This document shows, piece after piece, positions 37,303 through 48,476 of a stretch of DNA of 64,000 nt. The notes below the pieces were generated by a model. The model was not told the DNA's origin and did not search any database. It worked only from the letters and a program-made list of their open reading frames with translations. Location of the stretch: NCBI GenBank assembly GCA_030586555.1, contig JAURAC010000006.1:1-64000 (forward strand), written 5' to 3'. How positions within the stretch are numbered: position 1 is the stretch's first letter; each line of letters opens with the position of its first letter. The translations under genes and the position numbers were made by a program. Source of the stretch: Candidatus Subterrananammoxibius californiae. GTDB lineage: Bacteria; Planctomycetota; Brocadiia; Brocadiales; Subterrananammoxibiaceae.

Positions 37303-38307
37303 ATGGACTTTGAACATTTCAAAAGGGTAATTTCTAAGGGTCAGGTTGCCCCACTGTATGTGCTTCACGGCGAGGAAGAATTCTTTATCCGTGAGTCTCT
37401 GTCACTGCTGAAATCAATGTTCTTGAAGGGTTCGGACCCTTCCACGTCCCTTACTGAATTTGACGGCATGGATGCTACAGACCCGCCTCAGGCTGGCATC
37501 TTTAATGAATTGCGGACAACACCACTCCTTGGAGCAGCAGGCAAGCGCATGGTCATAGTTGAGAATGCAGACGATTTTATCGGAAAATACAAAAATCTTC
37601 TGGAGAAATATCTTGAGACGCATGCGCCGTATAGCTGTCTGGTTCTAATATGTAAGAAGTTTGACAAAAGAACAACCCTTTCTGCAAAGATTAATCGAAT
37701 CGGAGGTGAGATTGAGTGCAAAAGACTGAACGAATTTGAACTTTCTTTATGGATTCAACAAAGGGCAAGACATTACGGTAAAACGGTAACACCACAAGCT
37801 ATACAGTCCCTTATGGAAGCCATAGGAAATAAACCTGCGCTAATTGATAAGCACCTTGAAAAGCTATCCATATACCTTGACAAAAGACCAACAATACAGG
37901 AAGACGATGTTGAAAACCTTGTAAGGGTTAACAGGACCCGTACCGTATTTGAACTAACAGAGGCGATTGCACAAAAGAATACAGAAAAGGCATTAAAAGT
38001 ATTGAATCAGCTTTTAGTCGCAGGCGAGGAGGGCGTCAAAATAATAAGTATGCTTACATGGCAAATAAGACGCTTGTGGCAGGCAAAGCACATTTTAAGC
38101 ACAGGGAAAAAGGCAGAGACGGTTGCTTCGGAACTGAAGATTAATCCCTATTATCTAAAGGATTTTATTAAACAAACCGGGCATTTTACCGAAGTATCCT
38201 TACAAAAAAAGTACGAACACATCCTCCTTGCAGATTTCCAGAAAAAGACAAGCGCAATGGATGAGCAATTGCTCTTGGAATGCCTCGTATATAAATTGTG
38301 CGGGTAA
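37303..38307 (+). CDS. holA: DNA polymerase III delta subunit
   Basis: LYVLHGEEEFF, LEKLSIY, VFELTEAI; follows leuS. Confidence 0.9.
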   Translation: MDFEHFKRVISKGQVAPLYVLHGEEEFFIRESLSLLKSMFLKGSDPSTSLTEFDGMDATDPPQAGIFNELRTTPLLGAAGKRMVIVENADDFIGKYKNLLEKYLETHAPYSCLVLICKKFDKRTTLSAKINRIGGEIECKRLNEFELSLWIQQRARHYGKTVTPQAIQSLMEAIGNKPALIDKHLEKLSIYLDKRPTIQEDDVENLVRVNRTRTVFELTEAIAQKNTEKALKVLNQLLVAGEEGVKIISMLTWQIRRLWQAKHILSTGKKAETVASELKINPYYLKDFIKQTGHFTEVSLQKKYEHILLADFQKKTSAMDEQLLLECLVYKLCG

Positions 38308-38337
38308 GAAAAAAATAATATAAGCTTTTAAGGTTCG

Positions 38338-39945
38338 TTATCTCTTTTTATACACAAAAAGCTTATTATAAAATGTACAGTTGTCATCACGAAATGTGTA
38401 ATTATAGTAAAATTTATAAAAGGGCTTTCTCAAATCTTTTACTTTCCTTGAAAAGAAACGGGTATCAAGTCTGTGTTTAAGAATTTCGCCGATTTCGGTA
38501 TCATGACCATAAAGTAACCATATTTTTGCATTATTATTTTTAATTAAAATGTCATTTATGTAGCTTACAACGCTGTCCGCATCACTTTCCAGTATCTGTT
38601 TCTGGCTTAACATTTTATTTACATCTCGCCAGCCAGGATGTAAGGCTAATTCTTGAGGGAAAGAAATCTTAATAAAAGCCTTATCTGACTTCATTAAAGA
38701 CAAATAATAATCAATGGGTCGGAGACTCAAACTGGTATGTATGAGAATATCATTATTATCAGCATGTTTTATTAAATATTCAGTTGTTGATTTATCAGTA
38801 CATTGTTTAGGAGTAAATCTGTAACCTACAAAACTGATAGAGGTTTCAATTAGTAAAATATAGCAGCAGGCAATGATAATACGACTATTTCCAAACCTGC
38901 TCAACAATGACCCGACAAGCATAACAAAAGGAGGGAGCGCTATTATAGTATATCTCGTCGGCACATAAATTGGCTTTGCCTGAGAAATAATTAGTGGAAC
39001 TAATAATGAAACGGATAGAAATATCAAAAACACAGGGTTTTGCTTCTGAATGATAAACTCTTTTAAGGCAGATATATTCCAGAATCTTATTTTAAACCCT
39101 ACAACTTTAAACACTATAAGCACTAAGAACGCAACATAAACAAGCACCGCCCGTTTCCAGTTCACGCCTCCACAAAAATCAAATAATGTAGATACCAACT
39201 CACGAATACCGGGTTTTACTATCCAGGAGACATGAGTCCTGTTAGCTTGTGATAAAAAGACTGGTATCCATAATATCAAAAAGGGCGCAACTGATATAAA
39301 AATTGCTACTGAAAACTTTTTAAATGACGACCTGGGAAATAGTAGAAGATGGGAAACTATTTGTGAAAAAATCATAAAAAAGAACCAGTAATGGGTAAAA
39401 ATACCAATCATATTAACAATAATGTATAAAGCAAGGTCCTTTTTTGAATTATTTTTAAGAAGAAATAACCTTAAAAAGAATAGCGTTGAAAGTATTACCA
39501 ATAACCCTAAAAGCGAATACATCCTTGCGTTTTGAGCGTGTTTAATAGCGAGAGGGCTTAACATATACAAAAACGAACACAATAAGCCTGTTTTCCTGTC
39601 GTTATAAATAGATTTACCTAAAACGTAAACGGCAACCAAACTAAGCATATAAAATATGGCAGATGGACTCCTAACCGCAAGTTCGCTTATTCCGAATATC
39701 CGTATCCATACGGCAAGAAAAAGAAAATACAAAGGCGGGCTCGATTCCGTTAGCTTCACTTCACGAATAATACCTTCCCAATCATGACCTGCCTCAAAAA
39801 CACTACAAGCTTCGTCAAACCAGATAGACCTATTAATACCAAAAAAGGAAAAAAGGGCTATTGCCAATACCGACATAATGGTTAGAGGTAACAGAAATAT
39901 CCACTGATTATTTTTATTTTCTATGATAGGGATATCCTTTCCCAT
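38338..39945 (-). CDS. GT-C (family 39/PMT-like) glycosyltransferase, paralog 1
   Basis: SIWFDEA, PPLYF and QNARMYSLL motifs. Confidence 0.88.
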   Translation of the reverse strand: MGKDIPIIENKNNQWIFLLPLTIMSVLAIALFSFFGINRSIWFDEACSVFEAGHDWEGIIREVKLTESSPPLYFLFLAVWIRIFGISELAVRSPSAIFYMLSLVAVYVLGKSIYNDRKTGLLCSFLYMLSPLAIKHAQNARMYSLLGLLVILSTLFFLRLFLLKNNSKKDLALYIIVNMIGIFTHYWFFFMIFSQIVSHLLLFPRSSFKKFSVAIFISVAPFLILWIPVFLSQANRTHVSWIVKPGIRELVSTLFDFCGGVNWKRAVLVYVAFLVLIVFKVVGFKIRFWNISALKEFIIQKQNPVFLIFLSVSLLVPLIISQAKPIYVPTRYTIIALPPFVMLVGSLLSRFGNSRIIIACCYILLIETSISFVGYRFTPKQCTDKSTTEYLIKHADNNDILIHTSLSLRPIDYYLSLMKSDKAFIKISFPQELALHPGWRDVNKMLSQKQILESDADSVVSYINDILIKNNNAKIWLLYGHDTEIGEILKHRLDTRFFSRKVKDLRKPFYKFYYNYTFRDDNCTFYNKLFVYKKR

Positions 39946-40062
39946 AAAAGTAATGTCCTATAACCCCTGAAAATAGTATTGAAGGAGGAACAAAACCATC
40001 AAAGGCGCGGAGGAGCAAGATGCCTCCATAAATTATATTCAGCAACGAGGTATCGTCTGCGG

Positions 40063-40088
40063 AGTTTTATTGTAAGTAATTTATCAAC
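40063..40088 (-). pseudogene. Duplicated accD 3' end (LINYLQ*)
   Basis: 24/26 identical to 41969-41994. Confidence 0.75.
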
Positions 40089-40092
40089 TTAG

Positions 40093-40294
40093 GCACAGGG
40101 TGAAAGGCAGAAACGGTTGCTTCGGAACTGAAAATTAATCCCTACTATCTAAGAGATTTTATTAAACAAACCGAGCACTTTACCGAGGCATCCTTACAAA
40201 AAAAGTACGAACATATCCTCCTTGCAGATTTCCAGAGAAAGACAAATGCAATGGATGAGCGATTACTCTTAGATTACCTTGTGTATAAATTGTG
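40093..40294 (+). pseudogene. Duplicated holA 3' end (202 bp, ungapped)
   Basis: Aligns to 38099-38300; in-frame TGA near its start. Confidence 0.92.
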
Positions 40295-40329
40295 TACAGG
40301 TCAATTGCGATCCCGAGATGCAGCCAAAT

Positions 40330-41913
40330 CTATTTTTGATACACAAAAATTTTATTATAATATGTATGACCCTCAAAAGAAGTATAATTATTATTAAATG
40401 GGTGAAATAATTTTCGAAGATTTATTTCTCTACTTAGAAAGAAACGTGTATCAAGCCTATTTTTAAGAATATTACCGACTTCGGGATTACAACCATAAAG
40501 TAACCATATTTTTGTATCATTGTTTTTAATTGTAACTTTATTTTTGATTATAAGGGTGTCCAAGTAACGCACAAAATTGTCCACTTTGCTTTCCAGCACA
40601 TGTTTTCTCTTGTCGGTGTCCGATAGAAAAGAAAGCGTAGTAAAAGTGTTGTTCGGCTTCATCAGGCGTAGATAATAGTCAATGCCTGCCCGGCTCCAAC
40701 CAGTAAAAATGATAATATCGTTATCATGGGCATGTGTTATTAAATATTTGGTTGTTGATTTATCCGAATAATATTGCTTGGGTGTAAATCCGCAACTTAC
40801 AAAACTAATTGTAGCTTCTATAAGTAAAATATAACAAAAGGCTAATACGACGTGTTTATTCCCGAATCTACTTAATAATGACCCAATAACCACAACGAAA
40901 GGAGGGAGTGCAATTATAGTATATCTCGTTGGCACATAAATGGGCTTTACCTGGGAAATAATAAATGGAACTAATAATGAAATGGCAAAAAATATCAAGA
41001 ATGCAAGGTTTTGTTTTTGAATGATAAACTCTTTTAAGGTAGAAATATTCCAGAATCTTATTTTAAAACCTTCAACTTTAAATACTATAAGCGCCAAAAA
41101 TGCGGCATAAACAAGCGCCGCTCGTATCGCACTGTTGCCCCCATAAAACCTTCGAAAAGTAGATACTAAAGCATGAAAACCTGGCTTACTTATCCAGGAA
41201 TAAACGCCACGTTCTACCTGTGATAAAAAGATAGGTGACCATAATACCAAAAAGGGCATAAGTGATAAGAAAATTGCAATGCAGAACGTTTTAAGTGACG
41301 TTCTGGAAAACAAAAGAATATAGGAAACTATTTGCGATAAAATCACAAAAAAGAAATAGAAATGCGTAAAAGTGCCAATGATATTAACAATAATGTATAA
41401 AACAAGGTCTTTTTTTGAATTGGTCTTGATAAGAAATAACCTCGAAAAGAATAGCGTTGAAAGTATTGCTAATAACCCTAAGAGAGAATACGGTCTTGCG
41501 TTTTGTGCATGTATAATAGCCAGCGGGCTTAACATATAAAGAAACGAACACAATAAGCCTGTACGCTTGTCATTATAAATGGATTTGCCTAAAACATAAA
41601 TGGCAACCAGACTGAGTATATAAAATATACTGGATGGGCTCCTGACTGCAAGCTCGCTCATTCCAAATGCCCGTGTCCATAAGGCAAGAAAAAGATGATA
41701 CAAAGGCGGGTGGCTAATCTTTTTCACTGCGTTAATAATGCCTTCGTGGTCATGACTTGTTAAAAGAACACTATGGGCTTCATCAAACCAAATAGACCTA
41801 TCAATATTAAAAAAGGAAAATAGGGCTACTGCCAATACCGACATAATGATTAGAGGTAATAGAAATACCCTCGAATTATTTTTATTTTCTATCACAGGGA
41901 TATCCTTCCCCAT
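40330..41913 (-). CDS. GT-C (family 39/PMT-like) glycosyltransferase, paralog 2
   Basis: SIWFDEA, HPPLYH and QNARPYSLL motifs; clearly paralogous to 38338-39945, including the upstream DNA. Confidence 0.88.
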   Translation of the reverse strand: MGKDIPVIENKNNSRVFLLPLIIMSVLAVALFSFFNIDRSIWFDEAHSVLLTSHDHEGIINAVKKISHPPLYHLFLALWTRAFGMSELAVRSPSSIFYILSLVAIYVLGKSIYNDKRTGLLCSFLYMLSPLAIIHAQNARPYSLLGLLAILSTLFFSRLFLIKTNSKKDLVLYIIVNIIGTFTHFYFFFVILSQIVSYILLFSRTSLKTFCIAIFLSLMPFLVLWSPIFLSQVERGVYSWISKPGFHALVSTFRRFYGGNSAIRAALVYAAFLALIVFKVEGFKIRFWNISTLKEFIIQKQNLAFLIFFAISLLVPFIISQVKPIYVPTRYTIIALPPFVVVIGSLLSRFGNKHVVLAFCYILLIEATISFVSCGFTPKQYYSDKSTTKYLITHAHDNDIIIFTGWSRAGIDYYLRLMKPNNTFTTLSFLSDTDKRKHVLESKVDNFVRYLDTLIIKNKVTIKNNDTKIWLLYGCNPEVGNILKNRLDTRFFLSREINLRKLFHPFNNNYTSFEGHTYYNKIFVYQK

Positions 41914-41972
41914 AAAAGTAATGCCCTATAACCCCTGAAAAGGTATTGGAGATGAAGCGGGGGGACGCAGTT

Positions 41973-42785
41973 TTATTGTAAATAATCTATCAACGTTGCG
42001 AGTTCGTGTTTGAGGTCTTTTCTCTCAACAATCCTGTCAATAAAGCCGTGCGCAAGTAAGAATTCGGCGGTTTGGAAGCCGTGTGGAAGGGTTTTCTTGA
42101 TTGTTTCCTGGATAACGCGTGGGCCGGCAAAGCCTATCAATGCCTTTGGCTCTGCGAGGATAATGTCGGCTAAGGACGCAAAACTTGCAGTAACGCCGCC
42201 GAGGGTTGGGTCTGTCAGTACCGATGCATATAAGATAGAGGATTCGTGAAGTTTAGCTATAGCTGCGCTTGTCTTTGCCATCTGCATAAGAGAGATGGCG
42301 CCTTCCTGCATGCGAGCCCCACCGCCTGAGCCTGAAACAATTATAAGCGGCAATCGTTCCTCCAGGGCTTTTTCCGCGGCACGGGTAATCTTTTCTCCTA
42401 CCACAGAGCCCATGCTACCCATAATGAAATTTGAATCGGTTACGCCAAAAATGACCGCCTTCCCCTCTATCCTGCCTTTTCCTACTATTGCAGCCTCTTT
42501 CAGACCTGTCTTTAGTTGTTCAGCCTCTAACCTTTCTTTGTACGTAATGCGGTCCTTAAAGTTAAGAGGGTCTGCAGGAAGCATATTTGCCCAGTATTCT
42601 TCAAAGCTGTTTTCATCTAACAGTATCCTTATACGCTCCCGGCCTGTTATCCGAAAGTGGTAGTTGCACTCTGGACAGACGCTTAACTTCTCCTCAACAG
42701 CCTTTTTATAAACAACACCCTTACATCCGTCGCATCTTGTCCAGAGCCCATCGGGCATACTCCTTTTTCTTCTGAATAAAGCCAT
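41973..42785 (-). CDS. accD: Acetyl-CoA carboxylase carboxyltransferase beta subunit
   Basis: WTRCDGC..CPEC zinc finger; [26 protein letters not shown]. Confidence 0.96.
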   Translation of the reverse strand: MALFRRKRSMPDGLWTRCDGCKGVVYKKAVEEKLSVCPECNYHFRITGRERIRILLDENSFEEYWANMLPADPLNFKDRITYKERLEAEQLKTGLKEAAIVGKGRIEGKAVIFGVTDSNFIMGSMGSVVGEKITRAAEKALEERLPLIIVSGSGGGARMQEGAISLMQMAKTSAAIAKLHESSILYASVLTDPTLGGVTASFASLADIILAEPKALIGFAGPRVIQETIKKTLPHGFQTAEFLLAHGFIDRIVERKDLKHELATLIDYLQ

Positions 42786-43468
42786 TATGGATCCAGTCCA
42801 AAAAGCTTTAACCCATGCTCGGCGCCGAGCCGTAAGTCCTGCACGGCTTGATAGGGGTCGTCTGCCTTAAAGATTGCAGTAGCCGCCGCAAAGACATTTG
42901 CGCCGTTGCTGGCAACTTGCTCTATTGTGTCCTTTGTAATGCCGCCATCAACCTTGATGTCTAACCCTTCAGGGGCTATCATTCTAAGTTCTTTAATTTT
43001 TGGCACAGCATTCCAGATAATGGATTGCCCATCGTATCCGGGGTTTACAGTCATGACAAGTATCATATCCACAAGCCCTATAATTTCAGTTACGGATTGT
43101 ACTGCCGTGACAGGGTTAAGGGCAACCGCAGGCTTTAATCCTGCTTTTCTTATCAAAGCAATAAGCTCCTTTGGCTCATTGGTTGTCTCGATATGGAATG
43201 TGAAGAAGTCCCCCTTTCTTGCCGCATCGGCAAAAGGGACGAGAAATTGAGCAGGGTTTTGAACCATGAGATGGATGTCAATGGGGACTCGGATTACCTT
43301 CTTCAGTCCCTTAACAATAAATGGGCCCATTGTAAGGTTAGGAACAAAATGTCCATCCATTACGTCAACGTGAATGAAGTCTACCCCTGCATCTTCAACA
43401 CTTTTTATATCTTCACCGAAGCGCGCCGGATTGGCTGCCAGGATTGATGCGGAGATTTTGACTTTCAA
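42785..43468 (-). CDS. rpe: Ribulose-phosphate 3-epimerase
   Basis: [24 protein letters not shown]; start TTG 43468 or ATG 43486. Confidence 0.95.
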   Translation of the reverse strand: MKVKISASILAANPARFGEDIKSVEDAGVDFIHVDVMDGHFVPNLTMGPFIVKGLKKVIRVPIDIHLMVQNPAQFLVPFADAARKGDFFTFHIETTNEPKELIALIRKAGLKPAVALNPVTAVQSVTEIIGLVDMILVMTVNPGYDGQSIIWNAVPKIKELRMIAPEGLDIKVDGGITKDTIEQVASNGANVFAAATAIFKADDPYQAVQDLRLGAEHGLKLFGLDP

Positions 43469-43514
43469 AGTAATGCTGCCTCCCATACGAGTAAAACGAT
43501 AGCCCCTACAAACG

Positions 43515-43641
43515 GGTGGCATGGACAATCCGCTCAGGCGGATTGTCCGTGTTCTTCCTGAAAACAAGAGGCACGGACAAACAAGTTTGTCCATGCCACC
43601 CCAATGTGGAGGAATCAACGAGGTAAAACCTCGTTGTCTAC
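43515..43641. repeat. REP cluster: inverted GGTGGCATGG doublet (first copy with a 15-mer variant in its loop) plus a GGTAGACAACG REP
   Basis: Read directly from the sequence. Confidence 0.85.
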
Positions 43642-43645
43642 TTTT

Positions 43646-44839
43646 TTACTCTTTTTTATCGGTAAGCGCTGCTATTCCTGGAAGTTCTTTACCTTCCAGA
43701 AGTTTCAGGAATGCACCGCCACCCGTTGATATGAAGGATACATTGTGTGATTCTCCTGCGCGCAAAAAAGCGAGGTCGGTATCCCCTCCACCCACGATTG
43801 TCAAGGCATGGGAACTGGCAATTGCCTCAACCATTGCGAAGGTTCCCCTGCTAAAGGCATCAATTTCAAAGACGCCCATCGGCCCATTCCATATCACGGT
43901 TTTTGCATTCTGTAAGACTTCCGAGAATAATCTCGTGCTGGCAGGACCAATGTCAAGGGCTATCCAGTTGGGGGGAATTTCTTGAAAGGCTACGACCTTA
44001 GTTTCAGCCTTGCCGTTAAAGGATTCAGCAACTACAAAATCTACAGGAAGATAAAACTTTGTGCCGTTAAGATGAACATTATCAAGAATACTCGAGACTT
44101 CGTCAATCATACTGTCTTCTACGAGTGATTTACCTATATCATTGCCAAGCGCCTTTAAGAATGTAAATGCCATTGCACCCCCTATAATTATCTTATCCAC
44201 CTTTCCCACAAGGTTTTCTATGACATGTATTTTATCCGAGACCTTCGCCCCACCCAGCATTGCAACGACAGGCCTCATAGGATTGGTAATAGCCTTCTCA
44301 AAGTAATCGAGTTCTTTTTTTATCAGAAACCCTGCGACTGCGACCGGCACGAACTTATTTATGCCAACCATCGAGGCATGCGCCCTGTGGCAATTCCCGA
44401 AGGCATCCTGAACAAAGACATCGGCAAGACTTGCCAGCGCCTTTGCAAATTCGGGGTCATTTTTTTCCTCCCCTTCATGGAATCGTAGATTTTCCAGCAT
44501 TATCACATCGCCGGGTTTCATCTGGTCAATAAGGTTTTTGACCTTTTCACCTATACAGTCATCTGCAAGTATAACCTCCTTATCGAGCAGCCTTTTGAGC
44601 CTCTTTACAACAGGTCTCAAGCTAAGATTAGGAACAACCTTTCCTTTAGGCCTTCCGAGATGAGAGGCTATAATAATCCTTGCATCTTCATCCAGCAGAA
44701 AATTAATCGTAGGTAATGCCGCCCTGATGCGTGCATCATCTACAATGTTGCCTTGCTCGTCCAAGGGGACGTTAAAATCTACCCTGACAAGCACCTTCTT
44801 TTGCCTTAATGGAACTTCTGTAAGGAAAAGTTTATTCAA
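43646..44839 (-). CDS. pgk: Phosphoglycerate kinase
   Basis: RVDFNVPL, SHLGRP, WNGPMG, STGGGA; TTG start after GGGAGGGG. Confidence 0.97.
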   Translation of the reverse strand: MNKLFLTEVPLRQKKVLVRVDFNVPLDEQGNIVDDARIRAALPTINFLLDEDARIIIASHLGRPKGKVVPNLSLRPVVKRLKRLLDKEVILADDCIGEKVKNLIDQMKPGDVIMLENLRFHEGEEKNDPEFAKALASLADVFVQDAFGNCHRAHASMVGINKFVPVAVAGFLIKKELDYFEKAITNPMRPVVAMLGGAKVSDKIHVIENLVGKVDKIIIGGAMAFTFLKALGNDIGKSLVEDSMIDEVSSILDNVHLNGTKFYLPVDFVVAESFNGKAETKVVAFQEIPPNWIALDIGPASTRLFSEVLQNAKTVIWNGPMGVFEIDAFSRGTFAMVEAIASSHALTIVGGGDTDLAFLRAGESHNVSFISTGGGAFLKLLEGKELPGIAALTDKKE

Positions 44840-44867
44840 TGTCCCCTCCCATTTCCAAAAAAGCACT

Positions 44868-44926
44868 GGTGGCATGGACAAACTTGTTCGCCAAGGCGAA
44901 TCTGCCTCAGGCACGATTTGTCCGTG
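44868..44926. repeat. GGTGGCATGG REP with the nested 30-bp element (44887-44916)
   Basis: Removing the 30 bp restores the empty host seen at 26148 and 31920 exactly. Confidence 0.9.
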
Positions 44927-44938
44927 CCGTGCCTTGCC

Positions 44939-45958
<1,020 letters not shown>

Positions 45959-46233
45959 TTATAAGAAGTAGTAGCTACAGACTTTAGCCACATAAAACAC
46001 TACTCCCCGCCCTTAACGAAACCTGCTTCTTTAAAAACCCCGATGGAATTGCGCTTTGAGGAAGGACATAAATGGTATTTTAACAAACACAAGGGATTTG
46101 TCAAGGGTAAAAAGAGAACACACTCCCACCCCCCTCTTTTTAGAGGGGAGCTATTTCAAAGCCGAAAATTCGCATTGACATTTGCCACTTGGTGGGATAT
46201 AAATAACAACCAACCTGCAGTGGGAGGGCTGCG

Positions 46234-46716
46234 ATGATACCCCAACATTCTGCACGCAAGGTCCACCAAATACTAAAAAGGTTGCTATTATTGTTCCTTT
46301 GGACAATAGCAACCTCGACAACAATATCTGCAATTGTTGCACCTTACTTAGAATATCACAGAATCCTCTGTGCGCAAAACATTTACCACTTCTTACACTT
46401 TTTCTGTCATCAAATCCCCTCAAGATGTTTTTGGATATATGATTCTAATATGGGTTTATGCTCACGCTGTTTTAGTATATATGCATCGTTTTCCTTTTGT
46501 ATAATTATCTTATTTTGTTTAAGGTTTTACAGAACACTAAAAAAAAGCTTTATGCTTTATCTTGGAATAGTCTTGATTATTCCATGTTTAGCTGATGGAA
46601 CATTATCCACGGTAACAAACTATATAAGCAGTAGTCTCACTCGTTCTATAACAGGTTTTTTGTGTGGTACCGGTTTTGGATTAATTTCATTAATAACAAA
46701 GAAAGGGGGAAAATAA
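46234..46716 (+). CDS. DUF2085 membrane protein
   Basis: CHQIPSRCF...LCSRC; TM helices. Confidence 0.75.
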   Translation: MIPQHSARKVHQILKRLLLLFLWTIATSTTISAIVAPYLEYHRILCAQNIYHFLHFFCHQIPSRCFWIYDSNMGLCSRCFSIYASFSFCIIILFCLRFYRTLKKSFMLYLGIVLIIPCLADGTLSTVTNYISSSLTRSITGFLCGTGFGLISLITKKGGK

Positions 46717-47252
46717 TGATTAAGTATATAGTGGGAGCGATTGGTTGTTTTTCATTTCTTGTTAGTAACGTCCTTTATGCGGAAACAAAAGAGGTAACAT
46801 TAAAGGCTGGCACTGTTGTGTTGTTGGCGGTAGATAAAAACGTAACAAGTAAAGATGCAAGCATTGGAGATATTGTACAATTAAAGGTAATAAGGCCTGT
46901 CAAAGTAGATGAGATAGTAGTAATCAAAGCAAACACTCCGGCTACAGGTAAAATTGCTGAGTTGAAAAAAGCAAAGGGATGGGGAATAAAGGGAGAAATT
47001 TCTATGAGCATCAACTCAACTACTGCTGTAGACGACACAGAGGTGTTGTTAAGTGCTTATCAAAAACGAGAAGGAGGAGGCAATGTTGGAGTAGCGACGG
47101 CAGTGGGTGTCGGTACTGGAGTATTATGCCTTCCAGTTGCCGCAACTGGGTTTTTAATAAAAGGGAAAGAAGGTGAAATACCTTTAGGTTATGAGATAAA
47201 GGCTTATACAATTGAGGATGTTAAACTTAAGGTAGACCTTGAGTCCTCTTAA
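46716..47252 (+). CDS. Exported hypothetical protein
   Basis: Signal peptide; translationally coupled (TAATG) to the DUF2085 gene. Confidence 0.7.
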   Translation: MIKYIVGAIGCFSFLVSNVLYAETKEVTLKAGTVVLLAVDKNVTSKDASIGDIVQLKVIRPVKVDEIVVIKANTPATGKIAELKKAKGWGIKGEISMSINSTTAVDDTEVLLSAYQKREGGGNVGVATAVGVGTGVLCLPVAATGFLIKGKEGEIPLGYEIKAYTIEDVKLKVDLESS

Positions 47253-47272
47253 ATGTGTTATTCCTCTGCTGA

Positions 47273-47303
47273 TGCTGGTTCTATCTACAAGATAGAACCA
47301 GCA
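47273..47303. terminator. 13-bp hairpin between convergent genes
   Basis: TGCTGGTTCTATC-TACAA-GATAGAACCAGCA. Confidence 0.65.
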
Positions 47304-47309
47304 GGATTA

Positions 47310-47654
47310 TTAGATACGTTTTTTAAGGAATCGGTTGATTTCTTTTGCCACGATGAAGATGTTTTTCTTTGGGTTGCCTCCGAGGGAAGAAGGATAAACA
47401 TCTCCTTCTTCAGAATGAAAGTGATGAGGAAAGTTTGGTAAGTCAGGATGATGAGGAGAATTATCCCAGCCTATAATACGGCTATCTTTAACAAGCGTAA
47501 ATGAATAATTTCTATTTTTGGAGCGATAAAATACATCGAACAAAAAGTTACCCGAAAGGTGAAACCTAACCTTGGTTGGAAGATACTCTACGAAAAGGAC
47601 ATACTTGCATTTATTTCTAAATATCCCAGCTATCCTAAGGAGTTCGCTGTCCAT
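47310..47654 (-). CDS. DUF6516/TumE-like toxin
   Basis: IIGWDNSPHHPDLPNFPHHFH. Confidence 0.75.
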   Translation of the reverse strand: MDSELLRIAGIFRNKCKYVLFVEYLPTKVRFHLSGNFLFDVFYRSKNRNYSFTLVKDSRIIGWDNSPHHPDLPNFPHHFHSEEGDVYPSSLGGNPKKNIFIVAKEINRFLKKRI

Positions 47655-47947
47655 TTCAGGGCTTGCTTTACGGTTTTAAGTCGTTCTAATTCGTCAAGGG
47701 CATTTCCCCATTCAATAGCTTCCTCCCAACATGGGTGTTCTGCAACCTCTCCGGATTTTATCTTGCCTTCAAATTCCTCGAGATTGCAATTATACTTCTT
47801 GTTAAAACTCCTTGCAATCCTTCTGTATAATGCTATCCTACCAGATATATCCCTTTCAATGGCGTGTAACTGTTCAATGTCCATATTGTACGGTAAAGCG
47901 CCCCTGCTCAGTTTCTGAACCCCCTTTTTATGAATAGCTTTAGGCAT
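47630..47947 (-). CDS. Antitoxin-like partner of the TumE-like toxin
   Basis: F.KKY...LEEFE...EW helical pattern; overlaps the toxin gene. Confidence 0.65.
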   Translation of the reverse strand: MPKAIHKKGVQKLSRGALPYNMDIEQLHAIERDISGRIALYRRIARSFNKKYNCNLEEFEGKIKSGEVAEHPCWEEAIEWGNALDELERLKTVKQALKWTANSLG

Positions 47948-48049
47948 GTCTCAACCCCCTCTAAAATAAGAGCATAAAAAACAGGCCCATTGAACTTACT
48001 TTTCACCCTCAAATTTACTATACAAGACAATAAGATTCAAGGTTAAAAA

Positions 48050-48436
48050 TCACAGGTTCTTCCTTATCTCTTTTAAAACATGCAAAGAAAGGGATTCGTC
48101 CCCAAAAACCCCAACGCGGATTTTAACCTCGGTCAAGCTTTCCGATATTTTCTTGAGTTTAATTTCAATCTTTTTATCGTTTGCTTCACGCGCAATCAAC
48201 TTGGCGGATAAGGCGTCCTTTTGTTTGCTCGTAACAAGAAATTCCAAGTCATCCATGGCTTTTTGCGCTGCCTGCCAGGTTTTTTCGATGGATGCTTCCT
48301 CCGTTGACTTCAGTTCTCCCATTATATAGGCGGCAGTTCCAGCACCGGCACCGCCTCCTACTAACAGCGCACCCGCACAACCACCAGTGGAAAACAAAAT
48401 ACCAAGCAACGTAATAAACGTAAAGTTCTTAGTCAT
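48050..48436 (-). CDS. DUF3568 family lipoprotein
   Basis: Lipobox GGC; GAGAGTAAY; VKIRVGVFGDE. Confidence 0.8.
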   Translation of the reverse strand: MTKNFTFITLLGILFSTGGCAGALLVGGGAGAGTAAYIMGELKSTEEASIEKTWQAAQKAMDDLEFLVTSKQKDALSAKLIAREANDKKIEIKLKKISESLTEVKIRVGVFGDESLSLHVLKEIRKNL

Positions 48437-48476
48437 TGTAATCTAAACTCCTTTCATAAGGACAAATGGAACACAT

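Noticed and set aside
43469..43618. Long N-terminal extensions in the ORF track (rpe; also pgk, cinA, sigma54 regulator, DnaJ, PDGLE, holA)
   Set aside because: They translate intergenic repeats; starts at the conserved N-termini lie downstream, mostly with an SD.
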